The notes: generated from the letters alone by a model not told the origin. Positions 26,968 to 37,997 are shown, numbered from the stretch's first letter. The stretch is 64,000 nucleotides of DNA from Escherichia coli (GCF_044324875.1 NZ_CP172185.1); one strand, 5' to 3'. Translations and numbers: made by a program.

Positions 26968-27672
26968 ATGCCCTCGAATTTTGAACGTTCGCAACTGACG
27001 AAAATTATGATTTCGTCCGTACCGGTAAGGAAAGAAACACTGGATTCTGCCAGTTTTCTTGAACTGAGCTGTACGATTAAAGAGGTTCAGTTTACCGCCG
27101 GGCAGAAACAGGACATTGACGTCACCACGCTGTGTTCTGTTGAGCAGGAGAATATCAACGGTCTTGGGGCTGCTTCAGAGATTTCCATGTCAGGAAATTT
27201 TTATGTCAATGCTGCCCAGAACGCGTTGCGCAGTGCCTATGACAATGACGCCACGTATGGCTTTAAAGTTATTTTTCCGTCAGGCAACGGATTTACCTTT
27301 ATGGCAGAGGTGCGTCAGCATACCTGGTCTGCAGGTACTAACGGCGTGGTGGCTGCCACATTTTCCCTTCGCCTGAAAGGTAAGCCTGTGCTGACCACAC
27401 AGTTGCTGAAAGTTAAGCTTGACTTAAAAAGTACGCTGAAAGTCTCTACCGGCAATAAACTGGAAATGGTGGTTGAGGCTGCCGGTGGTGTGCCGCCTTA
27501 TTCTTATGTCTGGAAGAAAGGTGGTTCTCCTGTTGCCGGACAGACGGCGGCAACGTTCAGTAAGGCATCCGCAGTATCCGGTGATGCCGGTGCGTATACC
27601 TGCGAGATTTCTGATTCAGCAAGCCCTGTTAACAAGGTGACCTCCACTTCCTGCACTGTTACCGTCAGTTAA
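26968..27672 (+). CDS. Major tail protein with C-terminal Ig-like domain
   Basis: Internal ATG at 26968 with GGAG RBS. C-terminal 90 aa (KVSTGNKLEMVVEAAGGVPPYSYVWKKGGSPVAG...YTCEISD) is Ig-like. Confidence 0.8.
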   Translation: MPSNFERSQLTKIMISSVPVRKETLDSASFLELSCTIKEVQFTAGQKQDIDVTTLCSVEQENINGLGAASEISMSGNFYVNAAQNALRSAYDNDATYGFKVIFPSGNGFTFMAEVRQHTWSAGTNGVVAATFSLRLKGKPVLTTQLLKVKLDLKSTLKVSTGNKLEMVVEAAGGVPPYSYVWKKGGSPVAGQTAATFSKASAVSGDAGAYTCEISDSASPVNKVTSTSCTVTVS

Positions 27673-28058
27673 TGAGGATAGATGTGATGACTAAAAATAT
27701 CCGTAATCTGGCACTGGCAACGATGTCGGGGTTTCGCCATAAAACTGTTGATGTGCCTGAATGGGAAGGGGCAACGGTTGTGTTACGGGAACCTTCTGCA
27801 GAAGCCTGGTTGCGCTGGCAGGAGATCGTTAAAGCAAAAGATGATGAGACACCGTTATCCGTTGCGGAGCGCGCCCGCCGAAATCTGAAAGCGGATGTTG
27901 AACTGTTCATCGATGTTCTGTGTGATACCGGACTGCAACCTGTATTTTCAGAGGATGATCGTGAACAGGTGATTGCCGTGTATGGCCCGGTGCATGCGCG
28001 GCTTCTTCGTCAGTCACTGGAACTGATCAGTGATGCCGGAGAGGTTAAAAAAAAGTAG
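27672..28058 (+). CDS. Tail assembly chaperone (lambda gpG analog)
   Basis: 128 aa ending at a slippery A AAA AAG site. Confidence 0.8.
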   Translation: MRIDVMTKNIRNLALATMSGFRHKTVDVPEWEGATVVLREPSAEAWLRWQEIVKAKDDETPLSVAERARRNLKADVELFIDVLCDTGLQPVFSEDDREQVIAVYGPVHARLLRQSLELISDAGEVKKK

Positions 28059-28360
28059 CGCTTCCGGGGATGCGTTTTCTGATGATGCTGGCGCTCAGGA
28101 TGGGGCGCACATTGTCAGAATTACGCCGGGAAATGTCCGCATCAGAAATCATGATGTGGGCAGAATTTGACAGGTTCAGCCCGCTGGGGGACGAACGGGC
28201 TGATATCCGGGCTGCCCAGATAGTTTCTGCGGTTTACGGTGCGCAGGGTGTCAAAGTACCACTGAATGACGCGCTTCTTCAGTGGGAACAAGAGCTGACA
28301 GAAGGCGCCTCAGATCCATTTGCCGGACTGGAAAACGCGCTTTTAACCGTGTCTCAGTGA
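27672..28360 (+). CDS. Tail assembly chaperone G-T fusion made by programmed -1 frameshift
   Basis: A -1 slip at A AAA AAG (28049..28055) reads through into the frame of ORF 28070..28360 (MRFLMMLALRMGR...), the conserved G/GT arrangement of long-tailed phages. Confidence 0.65.
28049..28055 (+). promoter_or_regulatory. -1 programmed ribosomal frameshift slippery heptamer A AAA AAG
   Basis: Heptamer is in the zero frame of the chaperone gene, 1 codon before its stop; the -1 frame is open into the next ORF. Confidence 0.7.
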
Positions 28361-28368
28361 GTCAACAT

Positions 28369-28390
28369 AACCGCTTCGGCGGTTTTTTTT
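28369..28390 (+). terminator. Hairpin with TTCG tetraloop plus T8, just upstream of the tape measure gene
   Basis: AACCGC-TTCG-GCGG followed by TTTTTTTT. Confidence 0.5.
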
Positions 28391-28400
28391 CGTCCGGAGA

Positions 28401-31400
28401 GTGAGTGTGGCGACATTACGTGAACTGATTATTAAAATCTCGGCAAATTCCCGGTCATTCCAGTCAGAGATCTCCCGGGCTTCGCGTATGGGGCAGGATT
28501 ACTACCGTACCATGCAGAACGGAGGCCGACAGTCCGCTGCTGTATCCCATGAAATGCGGCGTGCACTGGCAGAAGTGACGGATCAGATAAATACAGCTAA
28601 ATCTTCGGCACTGAACATGGCGGGGGCATTTGCCGGGGCTTTTGCTACCGGTCATCTTATTTCTCTCGCCGATGAGTGGAATTCAGTAAATGCCCGTCTG
28701 AAGCAGGCCTCACAGTCCAGTGATGATTTTCAGTCATCACAGCGTGAATTAATGGCGATCAGCCAGAGAACGGGGACGGCTTTTTCTGATAACGCCAGCC
28801 TTTTTGCCCGCTCTGCAGCTTCCATGCGGGAGTATGGTTACAGTTCTGAGGAGGTACTGAAAGTCACCGAGGCGATCTCCACGGGCCTGAAATTATCCGG
28901 TGCCAGTACAGCAGAAGCCAGTTCGGTGATCACGCAGTTCAGTCAGGCTCTGGCGCAGGGAGTGCTGCGCGGTGAAGAGTTTAACTCGGTGAATGAGAGT
29001 GGCGATCGTGTTATTCGTGCTCTGGCTGCGGGAATGGGAGTTGCCCGTAAGGATCTGAAGGCCATGGCGGATAACGGAAAGTTGACCGCCGATAAGGTTG
29101 TTCCTGCACTGATTAGTCAGCTTGGGGCATTACGTGATGAATATGCGGCAATGCCTGATACGGTTTCATCCTCTGCAACCAAAGTTGAAAACGCCTTTAT
29201 GGCCTGGGTTGGTGGTGCGAACGAGGCAAGCGGAGTGACGAAGACGCTCTCCGGTGTGCTGAATGGTATTGCAGGCAATATTGACACCGTGGCAACCGCT
29301 GCCGGTGCTCTGGTTGCCGTCGGGGTAGCCCGATATTTTGGCAATATGGCGTCGTCTGCTGGATCTGCAACTGCCGGATTAATTACTGCAGCCAGAAACG
29401 AAGTGGCTCTTGCTGAAGTGCAACTTCGGGGGACACAGATAGCAACCGCCAGGGCGCGTGCGGCGGTTTATCGTGCGCAACAGGCGGTTGTTGCTGCTCG
29501 CGGTACCGAAAGGCAGGCCGCAGCAGAAGCGAAGCTGACAGCTGCCCAGGCGTCACTTACCCGTAATATTGCGGCCAGAACAGCGGCACAGACAACGCTG
29601 AATAATGTTACGTCAGTGGGGAGTCGTTTATTAAGTGGCGCGCTGGGGCTGGTTGGTGGTGTGCCGGGGCTTGTCATGCTGGGGGCTGCGGCCTGGTACA
29701 CGATGTATCAGAATCAGGAGCAGGCCAGAGAATCTGCACGCCAGTATGCCGCAACAATCGACGAAATTCGCCAGAAAACGTCGGCAATGTCGCTTCCTGA
29801 AGCGTCAGATAATGAGGAAAAGACGCGACAGGCACTGAAGGAGCAAAACAGGTTAATTGACGAGCAGAAAAGTAAGATTAAATCCTTACAGGAAAAAATT
29901 GCTGGCTATCAGTATGTGCTGGCAAATCCGGGTTGGACAACCGATAACGGTTTTATGATTAACCACATGACGTCGGTAAAAACTGTCACAGAAGGGCTTG
30001 CAGAAGCAACAAATCAACTGGCAGTTGAACAGTCTCGCCTCACTCAAATGCAGGGCAAAGCGCAATCCATTCAGGATGTGCTTGCCGGGCTGGAGGAGCG
30101 ACGGGTGGCGTTGATCCGTCAACAGGCAGCGGAACAAAACAAAGCGTATCAGTCCCTGTTGATCATGAATGGGCAGCATACCGAGTTTAATCGCCTTCTC
30201 GGGCTCGGTAATGAATTACTTCAGCAGCGACAGGGGCTGGTGAATGTACCGTTACGGCTACCACAGGCAACCCTGGATGATAAACAGCAGACCGCACTGA
30301 ATAACAGCGAGCGCGAACTGGCTCTGTCCCGCCTGAAGGGGGAAGCCCGTGAGCGTGCCCGCCTGGGTTATGCTGCGGATGATCTCGGCTTTGTGGGAGA
30401 GGCGTATCAGACAGCAAGACTGAATTATATAAATAACTCACTGGATGCATGGCGAAATAACCAGGCAAATAAACCCAAAGCGCATAAAAAGACCGAAGCG
30501 GAAAAAACAGAAGATACTTATAAGCGACTGATTAAACAGCAAAAAGAGCAAATAGCACTGGCAGGGCAGAATACTGAACTGGCTAAGATGAAATATCAGG
30601 TCAGCAAGGGCGAATTATCAACCCTGTCAGAAGCGCAGAAAAAAACGCTTTTGCAGAATGCAGCACTCATCGACCAGAAAAAGATTCGTGAGCAGCTTGC
30701 TGCGTATGAGAGCAGTCTGGCGGACAGTAATGCCAGTGTCAGAGCATCAAATGAGGCTCAGTTACTGGGATATGGTGAAGGCTCACGGATGCGTGAACGA
30801 CTTCAGGAAATGTGGAGCATCCGGCAGGAGTTTGAGCAGAAAAATAACGAGCTACTGAGACAGTATCAGGCCGGAGAAATTGAAGAAGCCCTGTGGAAAC
30901 AGGAAAAATCTCTGAATGAAAAATATCTGGAAGAGCGTCTCAGCGATCAGCAGGATTATTATGCAAAGGCTGATGCTTTACGCAGTAACTGGAATGCCGG
31001 ACTCCAGGAGGGACTGACGAACTGGGCAGACAGTGCCACCGATTATGCTTCGCAGGCGGCAGATGCTGTCGTTTCCACTATGGACGGGCTGGTATCAAAT
31101 ATTTCCGATGCACTGGCCGGAAATGTTGTGGACTGGAGAAACTGGGGGAGTTCAATTCTCCAGGAAGTTTCAAAAATTCTGATGAACGCTGCCATCGTTA
31201 ACGGGCTGAAGTCACTTTCCAAAAGCATGTCCGGTGCCGGAGGATGGCTTGGTACAGTCGGCGACTGGCTTTCCGGTGCAGTGGCAAACGCAAAAGGTGG
31301 TGTTTATACATCGGCAAATCTGAGTGCTTACAGTAACACCATTGTGGATACCCCGACGTATTTTGCTTTTGCGAAAGGTGCCGGGCTGATGGGCGAGGCC

Positions 31401-31646
31401 GGGCCTGAAGCTATCATGCCACTGACTCGGGCAGCGGACGGCTCTCTTGGAGTCAGAGCCATTGGCAATGTGAATGGTGGCGGTGGATTTGTTTATTCTC
31501 CCGTGTATCACATCAGCATTCAGAATCAGGGGAGCAATGGCGAGATAGATGCGCGCTCAGCCAGGGGACTGGTGGATCTGATCGACAGCAGGGTTGTGTC
31601 AGTTATGCAGTCATCGCGTCGGGATGGAGGATTGTTGAGTGGGTGA
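28401..31646 (+). CDS. Tail tape measure protein
   Basis: 1081 aa, Ala/Gln-rich coiled-coil-like, canonical position. Confidence 0.9.
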   Translation: MSVATLRELIIKISANSRSFQSEISRASRMGQDYYRTMQNGGRQSAAVSHEMRRALAEVTDQINTAKSSALNMAGAFAGAFATGHLISLADEWNSVNARLKQASQSSDDFQSSQRELMAISQRTGTAFSDNASLFARSAASMREYGYSSEEVLKVTEAISTGLKLSGASTAEASSVITQFSQALAQGVLRGEEFNSVNESGDRVIRALAAGMGVARKDLKAMADNGKLTADKVVPALISQLGALRDEYAAMPDTVSSSATKVENAFMAWVGGANEASGVTKTLSGVLNGIAGNIDTVATAAGALVAVGVARYFGNMASSAGSATAGLITAARNEVALAEVQLRGTQIATARARAAVYRAQQAVVAARGTERQAAAEAKLTAAQASLTRNIAARTAAQTTLNNVTSVGSRLLSGALGLVGGVPGLVMLGAAAWYTMYQNQEQARESARQYAATIDEIRQKTSAMSLPEASDNEEKTRQALKEQNRLIDEQKSKIKSLQEKIAGYQYVLANPGWTTDNGFMINHMTSVKTVTEGLAEATNQLAVEQSRLTQMQGKAQSIQDVLAGLEERRVALIRQQAAEQNKAYQSLLIMNGQHTEFNRLLGLGNELLQQRQGLVNVPLRLPQATLDDKQQTALNNSERELALSRLKGEARERARLGYAADDLGFVGEAYQTARLNYINNSLDAWRNNQANKPKAHKKTEAEKTEDTYKRLIKQQKEQIALAGQNTELAKMKYQVSKGELSTLSEAQKKTLLQNAALIDQKKIREQLAAYESSLADSNASVRASNEAQLLGYGEGSRMRERLQEMWSIRQEFEQKNNELLRQYQAGEIEEALWKQEKSLNEKYLEERLSDQQDYYAKADALRSNWNAGLQEGLTNWADSATDYASQAADAVVSTMDGLVSNISDALAGNVVDWRNWGSSILQEVSKILMNAAIVNGLKSLSKSMSGAGGWLGTVGDWLSGAVANAKGGVYTSANLSAYSNTIVDTPTYFAFAKGAGLMGEAGPEAIMPLTRAADGSLGVRAIGNVNGGGGFVYSPVYHISIQNQGSNGEIDARSARGLVDLIDSRVVSVMQSSRRDGGLLSG

Positions 31647-31980
31647 ACTTAAAATTTTTAGGTGGCTCCCCAGGGAGGGGATGGAGACGACACGAAAGCC
31701 ATCTGTTATTACGGTAAAGTTCGGTGACGGATATGAACAGCGAAGGGCGGGTGGTCTGAATGCAGATCTGAAAACGTTTAAACCGGTATTTCGTGTCACA
31801 GATGAATATTCCCGCGCAGCACTGGACAGTTTTTTATCCCGTCATGCCGGGGTTCGTGCTTTTTTATGGCGACCACCAAAATACAACAGAACTGTCCGGG
31901 TTGTCTGCAGGGAGTGGAGTATTTCGGATAATGCCATGTATACCGATTTTAGCTGTACCTTTGAAGAGGTTACTCACTGA
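31639..31980 (+). CDS. M: Minor tail protein M
   Basis: 113 aa; RFGDGYEQRRAGGLNADLKTF...FLWRPP resembles lambda gpM. Confidence 0.85.
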   Translation: MGELKIFRWLPREGMETTRKPSVITVKFGDGYEQRRAGGLNADLKTFKPVFRVTDEYSRAALDSFLSRHAGVRAFLWRPPKYNRTVRVVCREWSISDNAMYTDFSCTFEEVTH

Positions 31981-32678
31981 TGCAGGATCTACAGCCGCAA
32001 ACACTTAATGAGTGTACAAAATCGCAGCAATCCGCACTGGTCGTGCTCTGGGAAATCGATCTGACAGAGGTCGGTGGAGAACGTTATTTTTTCTGTAATG
32101 AGCAGAACGAAAAAGGTGAGGCGGTCACCTGGCAGGAGCGGCAGTATCAGCCGTATCCCATTCAGGGGAGCGGATTTGAGATGAACGGCAAAGGAGCCAG
32201 TGCCAGACCAACACTGAAAGTCTCTAATCTGCACGGTATGGTCACCGGTATGGTGGAAGATATGCAGAGTCTGGTCGGCGGAACGGTGGTCAGGCGTAAG
32301 GTTTACGCCCGTTTTCTGGATGCGGTGAACTTCGTCAACGGAAACAGCGACGCCGATCCGGAGCAGGAGGTGATCAGCCGCTGGCGCATCGAGCAGTGCA
32401 GCGAACTGAGCGCGGTGAGTGCCTCCTTTGTACTGGCCACGCCGACGGAAACGGACGGCGCTGTTTTTCCGGGACGTATCATGCTGGCCAACACCTGCAC
32501 CTGGACCTATCGCGGCGATGAGTGCGGTTATAGCGGTCCGGCGGTCGCGGATGAATATGATCAGCCGACGTCCGATATCACGAAGGATAAATGCAGCAAA
32601 TGCCTGAGCGGCTGTAAGTTTCGCAATAACGTCGGCAACTTTGGCGGTTTTCTTTCCATTCACAAACTTTCGCAGTAA
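31980..32678 (+). CDS. L: Minor tail protein L
   Basis: 232 aa; resembles lambda gpL, with C-terminal Cys cluster CSKCLSGC. Confidence 0.85.
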   Translation: MQDLQPQTLNECTKSQQSALVVLWEIDLTEVGGERYFFCNEQNEKGEAVTWQERQYQPYPIQGSGFEMNGKGASARPTLKVSNLHGMVTGMVEDMQSLVGGTVVRRKVYARFLDAVNFVNGNSDADPEQEVISRWRIEQCSELSAVSASFVLATPTETDGAVFPGRIMLANTCTWTYRGDECGYSGPAVADEYDQPTSDITKDKCSKCLSGCKFRNNVGNFGGFLSIHKLSQ

Positions 32679-32682
32679 TTCC

Positions 32683-33426
32683 ATGACAGAGACAGAATCA
32701 GCGATTCTGGCGCACGCCCGGCGATGTGCGCCAGCGGAGTCGTGCGGCTTCGTGGTGAGAACGCCGGAGGGGGAAAGATATTTTCCCTGCGTGAATATCT
32801 CCGGTGAGCCGGAGGATTATTTCCGGATGGCTCCGGAGGACTGGCTGCGGGCAGAAATGCAGGGTGAGATTGTGGCGCTGGTCCACAGCCACCCCGGTGG
32901 TCTGCCCTGGCTGAGTGAGGCCGACCGGCGGCTGCAGGTGCAGAGTGATTTGCCGTGGTGGCTGGTTTGCCGGGGGACGATTCATAAGTTCCGCTGTGTG
33001 CCGCATCTCACCGGGCGGCGTTTTGAGCACGGGGTGACGGACTGTTACACGCTGTTCCGCGATGCCTATCATCTTGCAGGTATCGATTTGCCGGATTTTT
33101 ACCGACATGATGACTGGTGGAAATCAGGTCAGAATCTCTATCTTGACAATATGGAGGCGACTGGTTTTTACCGTGTCGCACTGACAGAGGCGCAGCCCGG
33201 CGACGTGCTGCTGTGCTGTTTTGGTTCATCGGTGCCGAATCATGCCGCCATTTACTGCGGCGACGGCGGGCTGCTGCACCATATTCCTGAACAACTGAGC
33301 AAACGAGAGAGGTATACCGACAAATGGCAGCGACGCACACACTCCCTCTGGCGTCACCGGGCATGGCACGCATCTGCCTTTACGGGGATTTGCAACGATT
33401 TGGCCGCCGCATCGACCTTCGTGTGA
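32683..33426 (+). CDS. K: Tail assembly protein K (NlpC/P60 plus MPN-like)
   Basis: Internal ATG at 32683 of track ORF 32641..33426; lambda gpK-like sequence (HSHPGG...). Confidence 0.8.
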   Translation: MTETESAILAHARRCAPAESCGFVVRTPEGERYFPCVNISGEPEDYFRMAPEDWLRAEMQGEIVALVHSHPGGLPWLSEADRRLQVQSDLPWWLVCRGTIHKFRCVPHLTGRRFEHGVTDCYTLFRDAYHLAGIDLPDFYRHDDWWKSGQNLYLDNMEATGFYRVALTEAQPGDVLLCCFGSSVPNHAAIYCGDGGLLHHIPEQLSKRERYTDKWQRRTHSLWRHRAWHASAFTGICNDLAAASTFV

Positions 33427-33971
33427 AAACGGGAGCCGAAGCCATCCGGGCGCTGGCCACGCAGCTCCCTGCGTTTCGTCAGAAACTGAGCGACGGCTGG
33501 TATCAGGTGCGTATTGCCGGGCGTGATACAGGCGAAAACGAATTATCAGCCCGTCTTAATGAACCGCTGGCAAATGGTGCCGTGATCCACATCGTGCCGC
33601 GTCTGGCGGGAGCCAAACGTGGTGGTGTGTTTCAGGCAGTGCTGGGCGCGGCGCTGATTGCGGTGGCATGGTGGAACCCTGCAGGCTGGCTGGGGGCTGC
33701 GGCTTTATCGGGCATGTATGCGGCAGGGGCCAGTATGGTGCTCGGTGGTGTGGCGCAGATGCTGGCACCGAAAGCCAGAATGCCCGGAGTATCAGCCACG
33801 GATAACGGCAAACAGAACACCTATTTCTCCTCACTGGATAACATGGTTGCCCAGGGGAATGCTCTGCCCGTTCTGTACGGTGAAATGCGCGTGGGGTCAC
33901 GGGTAATTTCGCAGGAGATCAGCACAGCGGATGAGGGGGATGGCGTCCGGGTTGTGGTGATTGGTCGCTGA
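33324..33971 (+). CDS. I: Tail assembly protein I
   Basis: 215 aa starting MAATHTLPLASPGMARICLYGDLQRFGRR; lambda gpI-like. Confidence 0.8.
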   Translation: MAATHTLPLASPGMARICLYGDLQRFGRRIDLRVKTGAEAIRALATQLPAFRQKLSDGWYQVRIAGRDTGENELSARLNEPLANGAVIHIVPRLAGAKRGGVFQAVLGAALIAVAWWNPAGWLGAAALSGMYAAGASMVLGGVAQMLAPKARMPGVSATDNGKQNTYFSSLDNMVAQGNALPVLYGEMRVGSRVISQEISTADEGDGVRVVVIGR

Positions 33972-34031
33972 TGAAAAACGTTTTATGTGAAACCGCCTCC
34001 GGGCGGTTTTGTCGTTTATGGAGCGTGAGGA

Positions 34032-35474
34032 ATGGGTAAAGGCAGCAGTAAGGGGCATACCCCGCGCGAAGCGAAGGACAACCTGAAGTCCACGCAGTTG
34101 CTGAGTGTGATCGATGTCATCAGCGAAGGGCCGATACAAGGACCGGTGGATGGATTAAAAAGCGTGCTGCTGAACGGTACGCCGGTGCTGGACAGTGAGG
34201 GGAATACCAATATATCCGGCGTCACGGTGGTATTCCGGGCCGGTGAGCAGGAGCAGACGCCGCCGGAGGGATTTGAATCCTCCGGCTCCGAGACGGTGCT
34301 GGGTACGGAAGTGAAGTACGACACGCCGATTACCCGGACCATCACGTCGGCAAACATCGACCGTCTGCGCCTGACCTTCGGTGTGCAGGCACTGGTGGAA
34401 ACCACCTCAAAGGGGGACCGGAATCCGTCGGAAGTCCGCCTGCTGGTTCAGATACAGCGTAACGGTCGCTGGTTAACGGAAAAAGACATCACCATTAAGG
34501 GCAAAACCACCTCGCAGTATCTGGCCTCGGTGGTGGTGGGTAACCTGCCGCCGCGCCCGTTCAGTATCCGGATGCGCAGGATGACGCCGGACAGCACCAC
34601 AGACCAGCTGCAGAACAAAACGCTCTGGTCGTCATACACCGAAATCATCGATGTGAAACAGTGCTACCCGAACACGGCACTGGTCGGTGTGCAGGTGGAT
34701 TCGGAGCAGTTCGGCAGCCAGCAGGTGAGCCGTAATTATCATCTTCGCGGGCGCATTCTGCAGGTGCCGTCGAACTATAACCCGCAGACGCGGCAATACA
34801 GCGGTATCTGGGACGGAACGTTTAAACCGGCATACAGCAACAACCCGGCCTGGTGTCTGTGGGATATGCTGACCCATCCGCGCTACGGCATGGGGAAACG
34901 TGTTGGCGCAGCGGATGTGGATAAATGGGCGCTGTATGTCATCGGCCAGTACTGCGACCAGTCAGTGCCGGACGGCTCTGGTGGCACGGAGCCGCGCATC
35001 ACCTGTAATGCCTGGCTGACCACACAGCGTAAGGCGTGGGATGTGCTCAGTGATTTCTGCTCGGCGATGCGCTGTATGCCGGTATGGAACGGGCAGACGC
35101 TGACGTTCGTGCAGGACCGACCGTCGGATAAGGTGTGGACCTATAACCGCAGTAATGTGGTGATGCCGGATGATGGCGCGCCGTTCCGCTACAGCTTCAG
35201 CGCCCTGAAGGACCGCCATAATGCCGTTGAGGTGAACTGGAGTGACCCGGATAACGGCCAGGAGACGGCGACAGAGCTTGTGGAGGACACGCAGGCCATT
35301 GCCCGTTACGGTCGTAACGTCACGAAGATGGATGCCTTTGGCTGTACCAGCCGGGGGCAGGCACACCGCGCCGGGCTGTGGCTGATTAAAACAGAACTGC
35401 TGGAGACGCAGACCGTGGATTTCAGCGTGGGTGCTGAAGGGCTTCGCCATGTACCGGTGCAAAATGGCATCTGA
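34032..35474 (+). pseudogene. J: Host specificity protein J, N-terminal fragment (interrupted by IS21-family insertion at about 35458)
   Basis: MGKGSSKGHTPREAKDNLKSTQLLSVIDVISEGPIQGPVDGLKSVLLNGTPVLD matches lambda J. The reading frame runs into the IS and stops at 35474. Confidence 0.85.
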
Positions 35475-35659
35475 ATCGATCGCAGTTTGGCATTCGAATC
35501 GATCATGATTTGGCATCCATCTCCGATCACAGTTTGGCATCACAATCGATCACGATTTGGCATGCTTCCGATCATTGATTGGCATCCTGCCAGTCACTCC
35601 GGGAATTAACTCTTTTCACCACAGTCTCCATTGCCGTGTTTAAACCAGTGGAGACGTCA

Positions 35660-37225
35660 ATGTCCAGAAAGAGAAAATCCAGGAGCACTATGGAAACCTG
35701 TTTTAAGATCCTTCAGCTCAAGTTCGACAAGAAGCTGACTAACCGTTGTATCGGACTGACGTTACACATCAGCGCCTCAACCGTTTTTGAGGTTCTTGCC
35801 CGCTTCAAAGCCTCTTCTCTGTCATGGCCATTACCTGCTGATATATCCCATGACACGCTGGAGAAACTCATTTTTCCGCCCAAAGACACCTTTGCATCAG
35901 AGCTTGTAATGCCTGACATGTTGTACTTCGATACGGAAATGAGAAAACCAGGTGTGACGCGGCAACTGTTGTGGATGGAATACAAGGCACAGGCGGGTAA
36001 CAAAGCGATGGGATACTCGCACTTCTGCCGTTGCTACCGGGAGTGGAAAAAAACGCGACGTCTCTCCATGCGCCAGGAGCATCGTGCCGGCGAAAAGCTT
36101 TTTATCGACTTCTGTGGTCCTACGGTTCCTGTTATTAATCCGGACACCGGTGAGATACGCCGCGTGGCAATCTTCGTGGCCGTAATGGGGGCGTCCAACT
36201 ATACCTACGTTGAAGCGTGCGAAGGTCAGGACATGATGTCATGGTTAAATGCCCACAGCCGTTGCCTGACCTTCCTGGGCGGCGTACCGAAGCTGCTCAT
36301 CCCCGATAACCTCAGAAGCGCAGTGAAAAAGGCCGATCGATATGAGCCTGTCATCAACGACAGTTATCAGGCACTGGCTGAGCACTATGGCACGGTTATC
36401 ATCCCGGCCCGACCACGCAAACCTAAAGATAAACCAAAAGCAGAAAACGGCGTCCTCATCGTTGAACGATGGCTTCTTGCCCGCATCCGTAATGAAACCT
36501 TCCACACGCTCAGGGCGCTGAATGCGCGCCTTAGGGAGTTACTGACAGACATGAATAACCGGCCAATGAAGGGGTACGGCAATCAAACCCGTGCAGAACG
36601 CTTCCGCATACTGGATGCGCCAGCACTCTCTCCGCTGCCTCTGGCACCTTATGAATACACGGAATACAAAGCTGTGAAGGTTGGCCCTGACTACCACGTT
36701 GAATATGCCCGTCACTGGTACTCCGTTCCACACGAACTGGTCGGTCAGCGTCTGTCACTGAAGGCGGGGCAGTCGGTGGTACAGCTCTGGCACAAGGGGC
36801 AGTGTGTGGCGCAACATCCGCGCAGCACACATGAATATAAACACACAACCAATCCGCTTCACATGCCAGAGCGCCACCGGCAGCACGGGACATGGACACC
36901 GGAACGCCTGATCGAGCAGGGAAAACGTACGGGCCCGTCCACAGGCCGGGTGGTTGAATCCATGCTGAAGGCAAAACCCCATCCGGAACTGGCTTATCGT
37001 GCAGTTCTGGGGCTGCTGGCACTTCAGAAAAAATACGGCCCGGAACGGCTGGAAAAGGCCTGTTACGTTGCCCTGCACTATAACGCCCCTGACAGACGCT
37101 TTATCGACAATCTGCTGCGTCACCATCGGGAGAACCTGGAGCTTCCATTATCCCGCCAGGGCGAACAACATCCGGCATATGCTTCAGAGCATGAAAACCT
37201 GCGTGGTCCGGGCTACTACCACTGA
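35660..37225 (+). CDS. istA: IS21-family transposase IstA
   Basis: Internal ATG at 35660 with GGAG RBS; about 521 aa with N-terminal HTH and DDE-type core. Confidence 0.85.
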   Translation: MSRKRKSRSTMETCFKILQLKFDKKLTNRCIGLTLHISASTVFEVLARFKASSLSWPLPADISHDTLEKLIFPPKDTFASELVMPDMLYFDTEMRKPGVTRQLLWMEYKAQAGNKAMGYSHFCRCYREWKKTRRLSMRQEHRAGEKLFIDFCGPTVPVINPDTGEIRRVAIFVAVMGASNYTYVEACEGQDMMSWLNAHSRCLTFLGGVPKLLIPDNLRSAVKKADRYEPVINDSYQALAEHYGTVIIPARPRKPKDKPKAENGVLIVERWLLARIRNETFHTLRALNARLRELLTDMNNRPMKGYGNQTRAERFRILDAPALSPLPLAPYEYTEYKAVKVGPDYHVEYARHWYSVPHELVGQRLSLKAGQSVVQLWHKGQCVAQHPRSTHEYKHTTNPLHMPERHRQHGTWTPERLIEQGKRTGPSTGRVVESMLKAKPHPELAYRAVLGLLALQKKYGPERLEKACYVALHYNAPDRRFIDNLLRHHRENLELPLSRQGEQHPAYASEHENLRGPGYYH

Positions 37226-37241
37226 CAGAAGGAACAACAGT

Positions 37242-37997
37242 ATGAGTGATAACCTGTTAAACAAACTGACCCAACTGAAACTCCCGGCGATGGCCGGGAG
37301 CCTGATACGGCAGCGGGAAACGCCTCAGACCTACGACGAACTGTCGTTCGAGGAAAGGCTGACGCTGCTGGTTGATGACGAGCTTCTGAGCAGGGAAAAC
37401 AGCCGTGTGGCACGGTTGAGAAAAAATGCCGGCCTGAAATACCAGGCAACACCGGAAGGGCTGCGCTATCCGGCCTCAAGAGGTCTGCGGGCTGAACAGA
37501 TGAGAGAACTGCTGAACGGCCACTACATAACCCACAGGAAAAACCTGCTGATAACCGGTCCGACAGGATGTGGCAAGAGCTGGATAGCCAATGCGCTGGG
37601 CGAACAGGCATGTCGACAGAAACACAGCGTCCGGTACTGTAGAACCGGGCGATTACTGGAACAACTGGCTCAGGGACGTGTTGATGGCAGCTGGCTGAAA
37701 TATCTGAAACAGTTGCAAAAAATACAGGTTCTAATCCTGGACGATCTGGGGCTGGAACAGTTAAGTAACGCCCAGTGTAATGACCTTCTGGAGCTCATAG
37801 AGGATCGTTACGGACAAAGCAGCACGATAGTGGTAAGCCAGTTCCCGGTAGATAAATGGCATGGTCTGATGGAGAACCCAACAACAGCAGATGCCATCCT
37901 GGACAGACTGGTACATAACTCACACCGAGTGGTCCTTCAGGGAGAGTCACTGAGGAAAAATCCCCCGGTAGTGGAAAGCAGCGAAAAAACGCGTTAA
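37242..37997 (+). CDS. istB: IS21-family ATP-binding helper IstB
   Basis: MSDNLLNKLTQLKLPAMAGSL...LITGPTGCGKSWIANALG (Walker A)...LILDDLG (Walker B). Confidence 0.85.
   Translation: MSDNLLNKLTQLKLPAMAGSLIRQRETPQTYDELSFEERLTLLVDDELLSRENSRVARLRKNAGLKYQATPEGLRYPASRGLRAEQMRELLNGHYITHRKNLLITGPTGCGKSWIANALGEQACRQKHSVRYCRTGRLLEQLAQGRVDGSWLKYLKQLQKIQVLILDDLGLEQLSNAQCNDLLELIEDRYGQSSTIVVSQFPVDKWHGLMENPTTADAILDRLVHNSHRVVLQGESLRKNPPVVESSEKTR

Noticed and set aside
31989-32684. 231 aa minus-strand ORF
   Set aside because: Antisense to the gpL-like gene, which has clear homology.
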